A stretch of DNA of 64,000 bases, from the NCBI RefSeq assembly GCF_030145815.1, contig NZ_JAIXHL010000011.1, positions 62,562 through 126,561 of the forward strand. Reading direction: 5' to 3'. Position numbers and translations under genes: made by a program. This document shows, one piece after another, positions 56,669-64,000 of the stretch. Below the pieces are notes generated by a model. It worked only from the letters and a program-made list of their open reading frames with translations, ran no database searches and was not told the origin of the DNA. This DNA is from Sphingomonas sp. (lineage in GTDB: Bacteria > Pseudomonadota > Alphaproteobacteria > Sphingomonadales > Sphingomonadaceae). The first letter of the stretch is position 1; each line of letters opens with the position of its first letter.

Positions 56669-57921
56669 CAGGCTTCCCCAACCAAGCGAGCCCGCAGTGC
56701 GGTCGCGCTCGCTTCGAGGATGCGGTCCCAGCTGCCGGCTTCGGCAAACGCACGCAGTTCCTCCTCCTCGGGTGCTCCGAGAGAGGACCTAGCAGAGACG
56801 ATAAACGGCTCGAGCTCCGTCCTCAGCTCCGCCATGAGGTCGGGATCTGAATGTGCCTCGTCGATGATCTCGGCGAAGTCGAGACCAGCTTCCGGCGCTT
56901 GGGCGGCAGGCGGCGAAGTTACCTCGCTGACCACCTTTTCGATCCAGAGATCGGGCGAGATTGATGTGGCGATAGCGCAAACCTCGTCGCGGAATTCTGC
57001 CGCGCGGTCCTTCAGCGTGCCCGCGATCTCCGAGGATCCGTGAAGCACCACACGGGCGATCAGCGGTCGGCCTGCCTCTTCGCCTCGCAAGGCGGACCCC
57101 AGAGCCGAACGAATCAGGTCGGTAACAGCGTCCATCCTGGTATCCGTGCAGTCCACCTCGATCTTGCTCCAGCGAAGCACGTCCAGCTCGACGGGCGTAA
57201 CGGAGGTCACCTGCCTGTCGGCCACCTCCACGAGCATCGCGCCCTTCGGACCAGTCTCGCGGATGTTCCGTCCCTGAAGATTGCCAGGGTAGACGACGTG
57301 CGGTTCGGTGGAGACGATCTGCCGGGCGTGGACGTGTCCCAGGGCCCAATAGTCGTAGCGCTTTGCCCTCAGGTCGAGAACGTCGCAGGGGGCGTAGGGC
57401 GCGTGCCCAGGAGCGCCGGAAAGAGCGGTGTGGAGCACGCCGACGTTGAAGGCGTGCGGGATGGCGTCGGGGTATTTCGCCACGAGATTGTCCGTGACCG
57501 CAGGCGTGGCGAAGCTCTGGCCGTGCACCGCGACGCCGAGCTTTTCCAGCAGGTGCGTCTGAGGCTGGCGGCTGCTGAAAAGCCGCACGTTGGCAGGCCA
57601 AGGTATTTGGCGGGTTATCACCGAGGCCGCGTCGTGATTGCCCGCGAGTAGAAAGACCGGGATGCCTTTTCGGTCCAGTCGGCCCATGGCGTGGGCAAAG
57701 TAGAGACCGGTTCCCATGTGCTTCCAGTCGCCGTCGTATAGGTCTCCGGCTATGACCAGGAAGTCGACATGCTCCCGGAGCGCTAGGTCGATCAGGTTAT
57801 CGAAAGCAGCACGGGTCGCGCTGCGGACGTCTTCAAGCGGAATGCCCTCGTAGCGCGCGAGACCGTGGAGCGGACTGTCCAAGTGCACGTCCGCCGCATG
57901 CAGAAATCGGAAGCTGCCCAT
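56668..57921 (-). CDS. YhaO/SbcD/Mre11-like metallophosphoesterase
   Basis: HAADVHLD, IAGDLYDG, AGNHD, GVLHT, YWALGHVH, YPGNLQGR; TGATG coupling to the ATPase. Confidence 0.93.
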   Translation of the reverse strand: MGSFRFLHAADVHLDSPLHGLARYEGIPLEDVRSATRAAFDNLIDLALREHVDFLVIAGDLYDGDWKHMGTGLYFAHAMGRLDRKGIPVFLLAGNHDAASVITRQIPWPANVRLFSSRQPQTHLLEKLGVAVHGQSFATPAVTDNLVAKYPDAIPHAFNVGVLHTALSGAPGHAPYAPCDVLDLRAKRYDYWALGHVHARQIVSTEPHVVYPGNLQGRNIRETGPKGAMLVEVADRQVTSVTPVELDVLRWSKIEVDCTDTRMDAVTDLIRSALGSALRGEEAGRPLIARVVLHGSSEIAGTLKDRAAEFRDEVCAIATSISPDLWIEKVVSEVTSPPAAQAPEAGLDFAEIIDEAHSDPDLMAELRTELEPFIVSARSSLGAPEEEELRAFAEAGSWDRILEASATALRARLVGEA

Positions 57922-58652
57922 TTACTCCCCCTCGGTTCGTCACTTCTCTGAAAACGAACGCCACGGTGCCCCTTGCTTGGCTCACATTAGACGATCCGGG
58001 CTACATTGCGAGCGTGCCGAGGCCGGCATAGGGTCAGCCGCTCCGCCAGACCGCTACGGCTAACGACCTTTCGTCAGCAAGAACTCGAACAGCTGCTTAA
58101 TGGCTGATTTCACTGTCTGTCTCTGCAACCTACCCATTAACCGCCGCTCCTGGCGGAACTTAGGTGCTATCGATGCTGTTTCGATAAACCACTACCCTGC
58201 CAATGTCGCTCAGCCTAATTCCCCACCCGCGCGTCATCGACATCGATCCAGTCAAAGGCGCTGATATCCAAGACCCCCTCTGCCCTTGAACGGCGAGCAA
58301 TCGAACGCCGTCCGTCAGAGCGGCTGAATCATGTTTTTTTAACGCTGCGGTCGGCCTGGGGCTGATCGCCAAACACCGGTGTCATATGCGTCGTGCTGTG
58401 AGAGCCGACAGCGGATTATGTATCGAGGTTTCTACACGGCTGAAGCAACCGCGACGGCCGTGTATCGCCGCCCCGATCGACTGGGCCTGCTCTTCGAGCA
58501 TCATTTGGTGCCGCTCGGATGCTGCTGAAGCAGAGAGTTCTGGTCAGCGTGGGCCTGGCTGTGCCGACCCTCATCGACTGGTGCACAGCAGGCGCATGAC
58601 CGCCTCTTCGGCCGCTTGGTGCCTGCCGCCACTGCCCGTCGTTCGTGACGAT

Positions 58653-58763
58653 TCACTGGTAACCGCCTTCTTCCTCCCGCTTCTTGGCGGCATCTTCCTG
58701 CGCTTCTATCAGCTCGGCCTCATCCTGCTCGTCGTGCTCAGCTTCCTCGGGATTCATAATCAT
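58653..58763 (-). CDS. Acidic 36-aa microprotein
   Basis: AAGGAG RBS then MIMNPEEAEHDEQDEAELIEAQEDAAKKREEEGGYQ (the tail of a longer track ORF). Confidence 0.6.
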   Translation of the reverse strand: MIMNPEEAEHDEQDEAELIEAQEDAAKKREEEGGYQ

Positions 58764-59063
58764 CGTTGCTCTCCTTGCCGGGCCAACGCGCGGATGCTGC
58801 GATGGATGCTGGCTGTCGTTGACCGTGTGCTCGGCTCGGCGCTGGGCGCAATGATCTCGATCCTGGACGCGGCCGGCCGAGCGGACGCGACGATGCGACC
58901 GTTCGAAAATGAACGAGCGGAGCGCCCTGAGCCGTGCGCCGGGGGCTTGCCAAGGATTGTTTAGGATGCCGTTCGCACATCCGGCCAGTGTTGATGCAGT
59001 GGGGCAGGCCATGCCCTTTCGCGCCCAAGCGCGTTGTGGCTCCATCAACCCAAGGAGACCACG

Positions 59064-59234
59064 ATGACCGACGACCGCACCACGACCGATCCCGCCGGCA
59101 TGGCTGTCGAGCCTGAGCAGATCATCCCGCCGGAGCAGCCACCGATGGACGACGCGGCCGAGGGTTCGAATGCCAACCCCGAGAGCGCGCCCGACGATGA
59201 GAAGTTGGCGGCGGAGCTAGGGGACTTTGCCTGA
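59064..59234 (+). CDS. Acidic 56-aa microprotein
   Basis: AAGGAG RBS then MTDDRTTTDPAGMAVEPEQIIPPEQPPMDDAAEGSNANPESAPDDEKLAAELGDFA. Confidence 0.65.
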   Translation: MTDDRTTTDPAGMAVEPEQIIPPEQPPMDDAAEGSNANPESAPDDEKLAAELGDFA

Positions 59235-59355
59235 ATTGTGAACGCGAAACGGGCGGTTACGGAAAGCCTGCCCGCTTCCGCTCTCCCAATGTCGCGACCC
59301 CTCGATTTCGGTCCTCGACATTGCGTATGGGCGCTGCTGCAGCCAAGCTCGCGAC

Positions 59356-60000
59356 ATGTGCAACCTCTACACCGTGCGCAAGTCAGCCGCAGAAGTCGCT
59401 GCCCACTTCGCCGTTGCCAATCCGGTCCAGTCGAACGCCGGGGAGGAAGTATACCCCGGCACACCTGGGATGGTGGTGCGCGAAGCTGAGGGTCATCGTG
59501 TCATGCAATCGATGACGTGGGGCTTTCCGCTTCGCCTCAAGTCCATGAGCCCCACCGCAAAGCCGAAGCCCGTCAACAACATCGCCGACCTGCGGAAAGG
59601 CATGTGGATCGGCCTCGCCCGCAAGCCCGAATGGCGTTGCCTGATCCCGGTGACCGGCTTCGCGGAAGCCGAGGGCGTCAAAGGATCGAAGACCCGCACC
59701 TGGTTTAGCGTAAAGGACGCGCCGATCTTTGCCTGGGCTGGTCTGTGGCGCGACAGCGCCGAATGGGGGCCGGTCTATTCCGGCGTAATGACCGACTGCA
59801 ACGAGGCGATCCGTCCGGTGCATGACCGCATGCCGATGCTGCTGCACGCGGACGAGTATGACCAGTGGCTGGGCGGCAGCTTCGACGACCTTATCGGCTT
59901 TCAGGAGCGGTGCTTCCCGGACCATCTGATCAATATGGAGCGCACTGACGAACCTTGGGTTAGGCGGAAGTCGACTGCCGAGACAGCGAGCCTGATCTGA
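59356..60000 (+). CDS. SOS response-associated peptidase (SRAP/YedK/HMCES)
   Basis: N-terminal MCNLY (catalytic Cys2), CLIPVTGFAE, FAWAGLW, IRPVHDRMP. Confidence 0.93.
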   Translation: MCNLYTVRKSAAEVAAHFAVANPVQSNAGEEVYPGTPGMVVREAEGHRVMQSMTWGFPLRLKSMSPTAKPKPVNNIADLRKGMWIGLARKPEWRCLIPVTGFAEAEGVKGSKTRTWFSVKDAPIFAWAGLWRDSAEWGPVYSGVMTDCNEAIRPVHDRMPMLLHADEYDQWLGGSFDDLIGFQERCFPDHLINMERTDEPWVRRKSTAETASLI

Positions 60001-60006
60001 CTGGCG

Positions 60007-60156
60007 ATGCACAAGAAGCTGAACCTGCCCACGAAAGTTTGCGCGGCCTGCGATCGCCCATTCTCTTGGCGCAAGAAGTGGGAACGCGACTGGGACAACG
60101 TGAAGTTCTGTTCTGATCGCTGCCGTTCGGCTGGAGCGAAGGGCAGTCCTGTCTAG
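60007..60156 (+). CDS. DUF2256 family protein (not in ORF track)
   Basis: Hand translation: [49 protein letters not shown]. Confidence 0.9.
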   Translation: MHKKLNLPTKVCAACDRPFSWRKKWERDWDNVKFCSDRCRSAGAKGSPV

Positions 60157-60353
60157 CCGCGCTTCGGGCTGCCGTCCGCCCGCAGCACTACACCCTTGCC
60201 CAACGGTTCGGCCTCAACCTTGTCGAGCTGGGCAAGCAGGTCGTCGAATATAGCGTCGTCGACCACCGGAAAGTGCCGGTTGAAGCCGGCGCCGAGCACC
60301 TCGAGATCACGCCGAGTCAGCAATCCGACCGATGCGATGCGTTCTCGTGCCAT
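60153..60353 (-). CDS. Hypothetical 66-aa protein
   Basis: [19 protein letters not shown]...FDDLL..LD pattern; GGAGGGG RBS. Confidence 0.7.
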   Translation of the reverse strand: MARERIASVGLLTRRDLEVLGAGFNRHFPVVDDAIFDDLLAQLDKVEAEPLGKGVVLRADGSPKRG

Positions 60354-60515
60354 GAGTTGCCCCCTCCAAGAACGCACTCAACAGCTGACAACCACAATGG
60401 CTGCCATCGTTTCGCTCATGCCGCGAACGGCCGCTTAGCTAAACGGCTTTGAGCAAACGCGTCACACGATCGGGTCTGCTGTCGGCCACGCAGCCAACGC
60501 AAGCGATTCGCTGCA

Positions 60516-60552
60516 TTGACGGCCGCGACTAGAATCGGAACAATAGGGGAAC
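60516..60552 (+). promoter_or_regulatory. SOS promoter with alphaproteobacterial LexA box
   Basis: TTGACG (-35, 60516), AACAAT (-10-like, 17-bp spacing), overlapped by GAAC-AATAGGG-GAAC (GAAC-N7-GAAC, 60538-60552). Confidence 0.85.
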
Positions 60553-60573
60553 ATTTGAGTCGTGTTCCCAACC

Positions 60574-61344
60574 ATGTCGCTTCCCGCTGCCCCTGATGAA
60601 GACCGATTGCACCTCCTAGCCGAGTTGCGCGCGAGTGTTGAGATTCAGAGCTACGGGGCCACGCAAGCGCTGTCGTTCGGAGTCGATGCAATTGACAATC
60701 GTCTGGCGCATGGAGGTCTCGATGCCTGCGGGGTGCATGAGGCAAGTCCGGCCTCGACGACTCTCGGTGACGATGCGGCGGCAACGCTGTTCTGGGCGGG
60801 CGCGGCAGCGCGTTTCGCCGGAGACACAGGTCACGTCGTCTGGGCGCTTACCCGCTTCGACCTGTATGCGCCGGGGCTCGAACAGGCCGGCCTTGCCCCC
60901 GATCGCACCTTGTATGTCGAAGCCAAGGACGAGACGACAGTCCTAGCCGTCGCCGAGGACTGCCTGCGCGATGGCAGCTTCGCGGCCGTTGTGGCGGAGG
61001 TGAAGGCTGCGGATCAGACTGCGACACGGCGACTGCAACTCGCCGCCGCTGACGGCAAAACGCCGATGCTGATGCTTCGGCGGTGGAAGAAGGCCGGTCG
61101 CGACCCGCTCGAAGCACCTTCCTCCGCAATGACGCGATGGCGGATCGGCTGCGCGCCTTCGGTGCACCTCGGACATCCAGGTGTCGGGCGACCCTGCTGG
61201 TCGCTCGAGCTGGTCCGGCAGCGCGGGGGCAATCCCTTCTCTCTGATCGTCGAGGCTTGCGATGACACGGGTCGCCTCGCTCTACCTTCCGCAGCTCCCG
61301 ATCGAGCGGCTGCGCAGGGTAGCGCGGCCGTTCGCGCCGCCTGA
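60574..61344 (+). CDS. imuA: ImuA-like RecA-fold protein
   Basis: LSFGVDAIDNRLAHGGL, DLYAPGLEQAGL, AVVAEV, TATRRLQLAA, TRWRI; first gene of the imuA-imuB-dnaE2 cassette. Confidence 0.9.
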   Translation: MSLPAAPDEDRLHLLAELRASVEIQSYGATQALSFGVDAIDNRLAHGGLDACGVHEASPASTTLGDDAAATLFWAGAAARFAGDTGHVVWALTRFDLYAPGLEQAGLAPDRTLYVEAKDETTVLAVAEDCLRDGSFAAVVAEVKAADQTATRRLQLAAADGKTPMLMLRRWKKAGRDPLEAPSSAMTRWRIGCAPSVHLGHPGVGRPCWSLELVRQRGGNPFSLIVEACDDTGRLALPSAAPDRAAAQGSAAVRAA

Positions 61345-63067
61345 ACCGCGCCCGGCATCCCTGGCGCTCGAGCCGCCGATCGACGACGATCCGGGCGAGT
61401 GCTCGGTTCCTCGCGGCGGCGGGTGGCGACCGGGTGCGCGCTGGGCTCATGACGCGACGTCAAATCGCGCGCAGATCTCGCAGCAGATCGCAGAACTGCC
61501 CGCGCATCAGCGCCCTCCAACGCGCATGCTCGGGCGTCGCTCGGAGGCTGCGGAGCACCCGTTCAAGGCAATGCGGAGCGATGACGTCGGCCGCAGCGGT
61601 GCGTCCGGTGCGCCACCTTCCGATGTTTCGCGCCGTCCAACGGTGTTGATCGAACGCCTCGGCCAGCGGGATCTGATCTTTGCCGCCTGCCCGGTCGCGC
61701 TCTCGTTGGGATTGGTGCCAGGAATGGCGGCCGCGCACGCACGCGCGCTTGTCTCCGATCTGGAGGTCCGCGATGCCGAGCCCGACGCCGATCGTGCCTG
61801 GCTGGAGCGGCTGGCCCTGCACGGCGCGCTGCACTGGACGCCAGGCGCCAGCGTCGACGGACCGAACGGGCTGTGGCTCGACCTCACTGGAACGACCCAT
61901 CTGTTCGGCGGCGAGCAGCGCTTCTGCCAGAGGCTGCTGCGCTTCCTCGCGCGACTCGGAATCACCGCTCGCGTCGCAATTGCGGGCACACCCGGCGCAG
62001 CACATGCGCTGGCTCGCTATGGCGGCAAGCACATTGCCTTGATCGAGACGGGAACAGAGGCTTCGGCGCTTCGCGCACTTCCCACGGTCGCACTGAGGCT
62101 CGAAACCTCCGCGCTCGCCGCTGCTGCCCGTTTCGGGCTGGACCGGATCGACGATCTGATCCGCCTCCCGCGCGGTCCGCTTGCGCGACGACTGGGTCTC
62201 GCGACGGTGAGGCGGCTCGACCAGGCGCTCGGCCAGATTAGCGAGCCGATCGTTCCGGTGACCCCCGTCGAGATGCCGTCGGTAAGCCGGCGGCTGGTAG
62301 AGCCGATCGGCACTGCGGAGAGCATCGCGCAAGTCACGGCGGACCTAATCGACGACCTGATGCCGATCCTGCGCGAGCGGGGGCTCGGCGCTCGCCGGCT
62401 CGTGCTCGCCGCAGAGCGGGTCGACAGCGAGCGACAGCGCCTCGTGATTGGCACTTCGCGCGCGACGCGGGACGCCAAGCACCTCAAGCGCATGTTCGTC
62501 CTCAAGCTCGAGCGGATCGAACCCGGCCTTGGCATCGAGGCGATGCGCCTTTCCGTGCCGCACGCCGAGCCACTTGGCTCGACGGCAATTGGATCTTTGA
62601 TCGTCTCGGAAGGTGCAGTGCCCGACCTGGCGCCCGCCGTAGACCAGATGGTCGGGCGTGCCGGGTCGGCCGCCGTGTTCCGCATGGCCCCTCGGGAGAG
62701 TGACGTGCCCGAACGCGCAGTGCGCCGCGCCGACCCGCTCGACGTTCCGGCGGGCTGGCCTTCGTGGAAGCGGCCGGCTCGACTGCTGGCGAGACCCGAA
62801 CGGCTTTCGAACGTCGTCGCGCTGCTGCCCGACCATCCACCCCGCCGCTTCACCTGGCGCGGCATGCCATACAAGGTCGTCGCCGGAGACGGTCCCGAAC
62901 GCATCCATGGCGAATGGTGGCGAAGCGAGCGGGAGCTCTGGGCCACGCGCGATTACTTCCGGGTCGAAGTTGAGGGCGGGCAGCGCTTCTGGGTGTTCCG
63001 TCGCGGGGACGGGATCGACGCCGAAACCGGCGACCTCAGCTGGCACCTCCATGGGCTGTTCGGCTGA
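61262..63067 (+). CDS. imuB: ImuB, inactive Y-family polymerase-like protein
   Basis: SLYLPQLPIERL, LWLDLTGTTHLFGGE, LPTVALRL, C-terminal GPERIHGEWW...RDYFRVE. Confidence 0.93.
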   Translation: MTRVASLYLPQLPIERLRRVARPFAPPEPRPASLALEPPIDDDPGECSVPRGGGWRPGARWAHDATSNRAQISQQIAELPAHQRPPTRMLGRRSEAAEHPFKAMRSDDVGRSGASGAPPSDVSRRPTVLIERLGQRDLIFAACPVALSLGLVPGMAAAHARALVSDLEVRDAEPDADRAWLERLALHGALHWTPGASVDGPNGLWLDLTGTTHLFGGEQRFCQRLLRFLARLGITARVAIAGTPGAAHALARYGGKHIALIETGTEASALRALPTVALRLETSALAAAARFGLDRIDDLIRLPRGPLARRLGLATVRRLDQALGQISEPIVPVTPVEMPSVSRRLVEPIGTAESIAQVTADLIDDLMPILRERGLGARRLVLAAERVDSERQRLVIGTSRATRDAKHLKRMFVLKLERIEPGLGIEAMRLSVPHAEPLGSTAIGSLIVSEGAVPDLAPAVDQMVGRAGSAAVFRMAPRESDVPERAVRRADPLDVPAGWPSWKRPARLLARPERLSNVVALLPDHPPRRFTWRGMPYKVVAGDGPERIHGEWWRSERELWATRDYFRVEVEGGQRFWVFRRGDGIDAETGDLSWHLHGLFG

Positions 63068-64000
63068 TGACCCGCTACGTCGAACTCCAGGTCACCAGCC
63101 ACTTCTCCTTCCTGCGCGGGGCAAGCGCGCCGGAGGAACTGTTCGCGGCCGCCGCCCTGCAGGGCCATGCCGCGCTGGGTCTCGCAGACTGGAACACCGT
63201 GGCGGGCGTCGTGCGCGGATGGGACGGGCAGAAGACGACCGGCGTGCGCATGATTCCGGGCGCGCGCATTCAGACGCGCGATGGGCACACGCTGCTTCTG
63301 TATCCCACAGACCGACCGGCATGGTCTCGCCTCACTCGGCTGCTGTCGCTGGGCAAGGCTCGAGGCGGCAAGGGCAACTGCATCCTCGATTGGTCCGACG
63401 TCACGGAGCATAGCGACGGCCTGATCGGCATCCTCGTTCCCGATCAACCCAACGAGCGAACCGCCATGCAGCTTGCCGATCTCGCGGCAGCGTTCGGCGA
63501 GCGCAGCTACTGCGCCCTGTCATACCGCCGGCGCCCAGACGACCATGCGCGACTGCGCGCGCTGGACGCGCTGTCGCGGGAAGCGCGCGTCCGCGCCGTG
63601 GCCACGGCAGACGTGCTCTATCACACCCCCGAGGCGCGACCGCTACAGGACGTGGTCTCCGCGATCCGCGAACGCACGACTATCGACGCGCTCGGCTACC
63701 GTCGCGAGCGGTTCATGGATCGCCATCTGAAGAGCCCGGCCGAGATGGAGCGGCGCTTCGCCGCTTTCCCCGACGCGATCCAGGCAAGCGCGGACATCGC
63801 TGAGGCATGCACCTTCGACCTCGGCGAGATCCGCTACCAGTATCCCTATGAGCAGGTGATCGATGGGAAGTCCGCCCAAGAGGCGCTGGCGATCCTGACG
63901 CACGACGCCGCCGCCGCGAAGTTTCCGTGCGGCGTCCCCGACGCCTACGCCAAGCAGATCGCGCACGAGCTGAGCCTGATCGACGATCTCGGCTACGCGC
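63067..64000 (+). CDS. dnaE2: Error-prone DNA polymerase DnaE2 (ImuC), 3'-truncated by window edge
   Basis: TGATG overlap; MTRYVELQVTSHFSFLRGASAPEEL (PHP domain); RHLKSPAEMERRF; frame open to the window end. Confidence 0.95.
   Translation, partial: MTRYVELQVTSHFSFLRGASAPEELFAAAALQGHAALGLADWNTVAGVVRGWDGQKTTGVRMIPGARIQTRDGHTLLLYPTDRPAWSRLTRLLSLGKARGGKGNCILDWSDVTEHSDGLIGILVPDQPNERTAMQLADLAAAFGERSYCALSYRRRPDDHARLRALDALSREARVRAVATADVLYHTPEARPLQDVVSAIRERTTIDALGYRRERFMDRHLKSPAEMERRFAAFPDAIQASADIAEACTFDLGEIRYQYPYEQVIDGKSAQEALAILTHDAAAAKFPCGVPDAYAKQIAHELSLIDDLGYA

Noticed and set aside
58386-58964. 192-aa ORF with an apparent TM segment
   Set aside because: The hydrophobic run is the reverse complement of Glu/Lys codons of the acidic microprotein; no RBS.
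58770-59060. EcfG (GGAAC-N16/17-CGTT) general-stress promoters for the acidic microproteins
   Set aside because: CGTT is present upstream of both, but no GGAAC at the required spacing.
50400-60440. Short similar strings at accessory-gene borders (CCCAAAAGCGGTCG at 50403, CCCATTAACCGCCG at 58133, AACGGCCGCTT near 60426)
   Set aside because: Reminiscent of degenerate intergenic repeats, but too short and divergent to support by eye; needs a genome-wide motif search.
1-64000. CRISPR arrays, rRNA/tRNA genes, IS elements, integrases
   Set aside because: No regularly spaced direct repeats, RNA gene structures, or DDE/tyrosine/serine recombinase motifs were found by eye or in the ORF track.

Overview
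GC-rich alphaproteobacterial accessory DNA, probably Sphingomonadaceae (inferred from the small-protein families and the ImuB style). No tRNA, rRNA, CRISPR array, integrase or IS was seen. Layout: (1) 1-11.9 kb microaerobic respiration block: partial Fnr-type regulator, hemN, ccoNOQP-GHIS, an NnrR-like regulator, a flavodoxin-fold oxidoreductase and three TTG-N8-CAA boxes. (2) 11.9-19.2 kb envelope cassette centred on a MotA/MotB (ZorA/ZorB-like) pair. Its tightly coupled neighbours are a 4-TM coiled-coil protein, a membrane-anchored vWA-like protein, a 65-aa protein and a thermonuclease, and there are no zorC/D/E genes. (3) 19.7-37.6 kb stress/metabolic mosaic: DUF488, MarR fusion, UDG, orphan MreB paralog, hemD, two Rnk-like genes, DMT, CDF, lrp-alr-dadA-ridA, truncated haemoglobin, ECF41 sigma with two CMD genes. 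(4) 37.6-57.9 kb putative defence island. It holds a four-gene, 4-bp-overlap operon (single-NBD Clp-type ATPase, orphan NrdG-like radical SAM, a 2092-aa Zn-ribbon/pseudokinase/DUF4011/SF1 helicase/nuclease protein, a helical protein), plus an RloC-like ABC ATPase and a YhaO/YhaN (Mre11/Rad50-like) pair. (5) 58.6-64 kb SRAP and a LexA-box-controlled imuA-imuB-dnaE2 cassette. The best candidates for undescribed systems are the operon at 39350-49405 and the Zorya-like operon at 13940-19246. All family calls come from motif recognition by eye; no database search was run.
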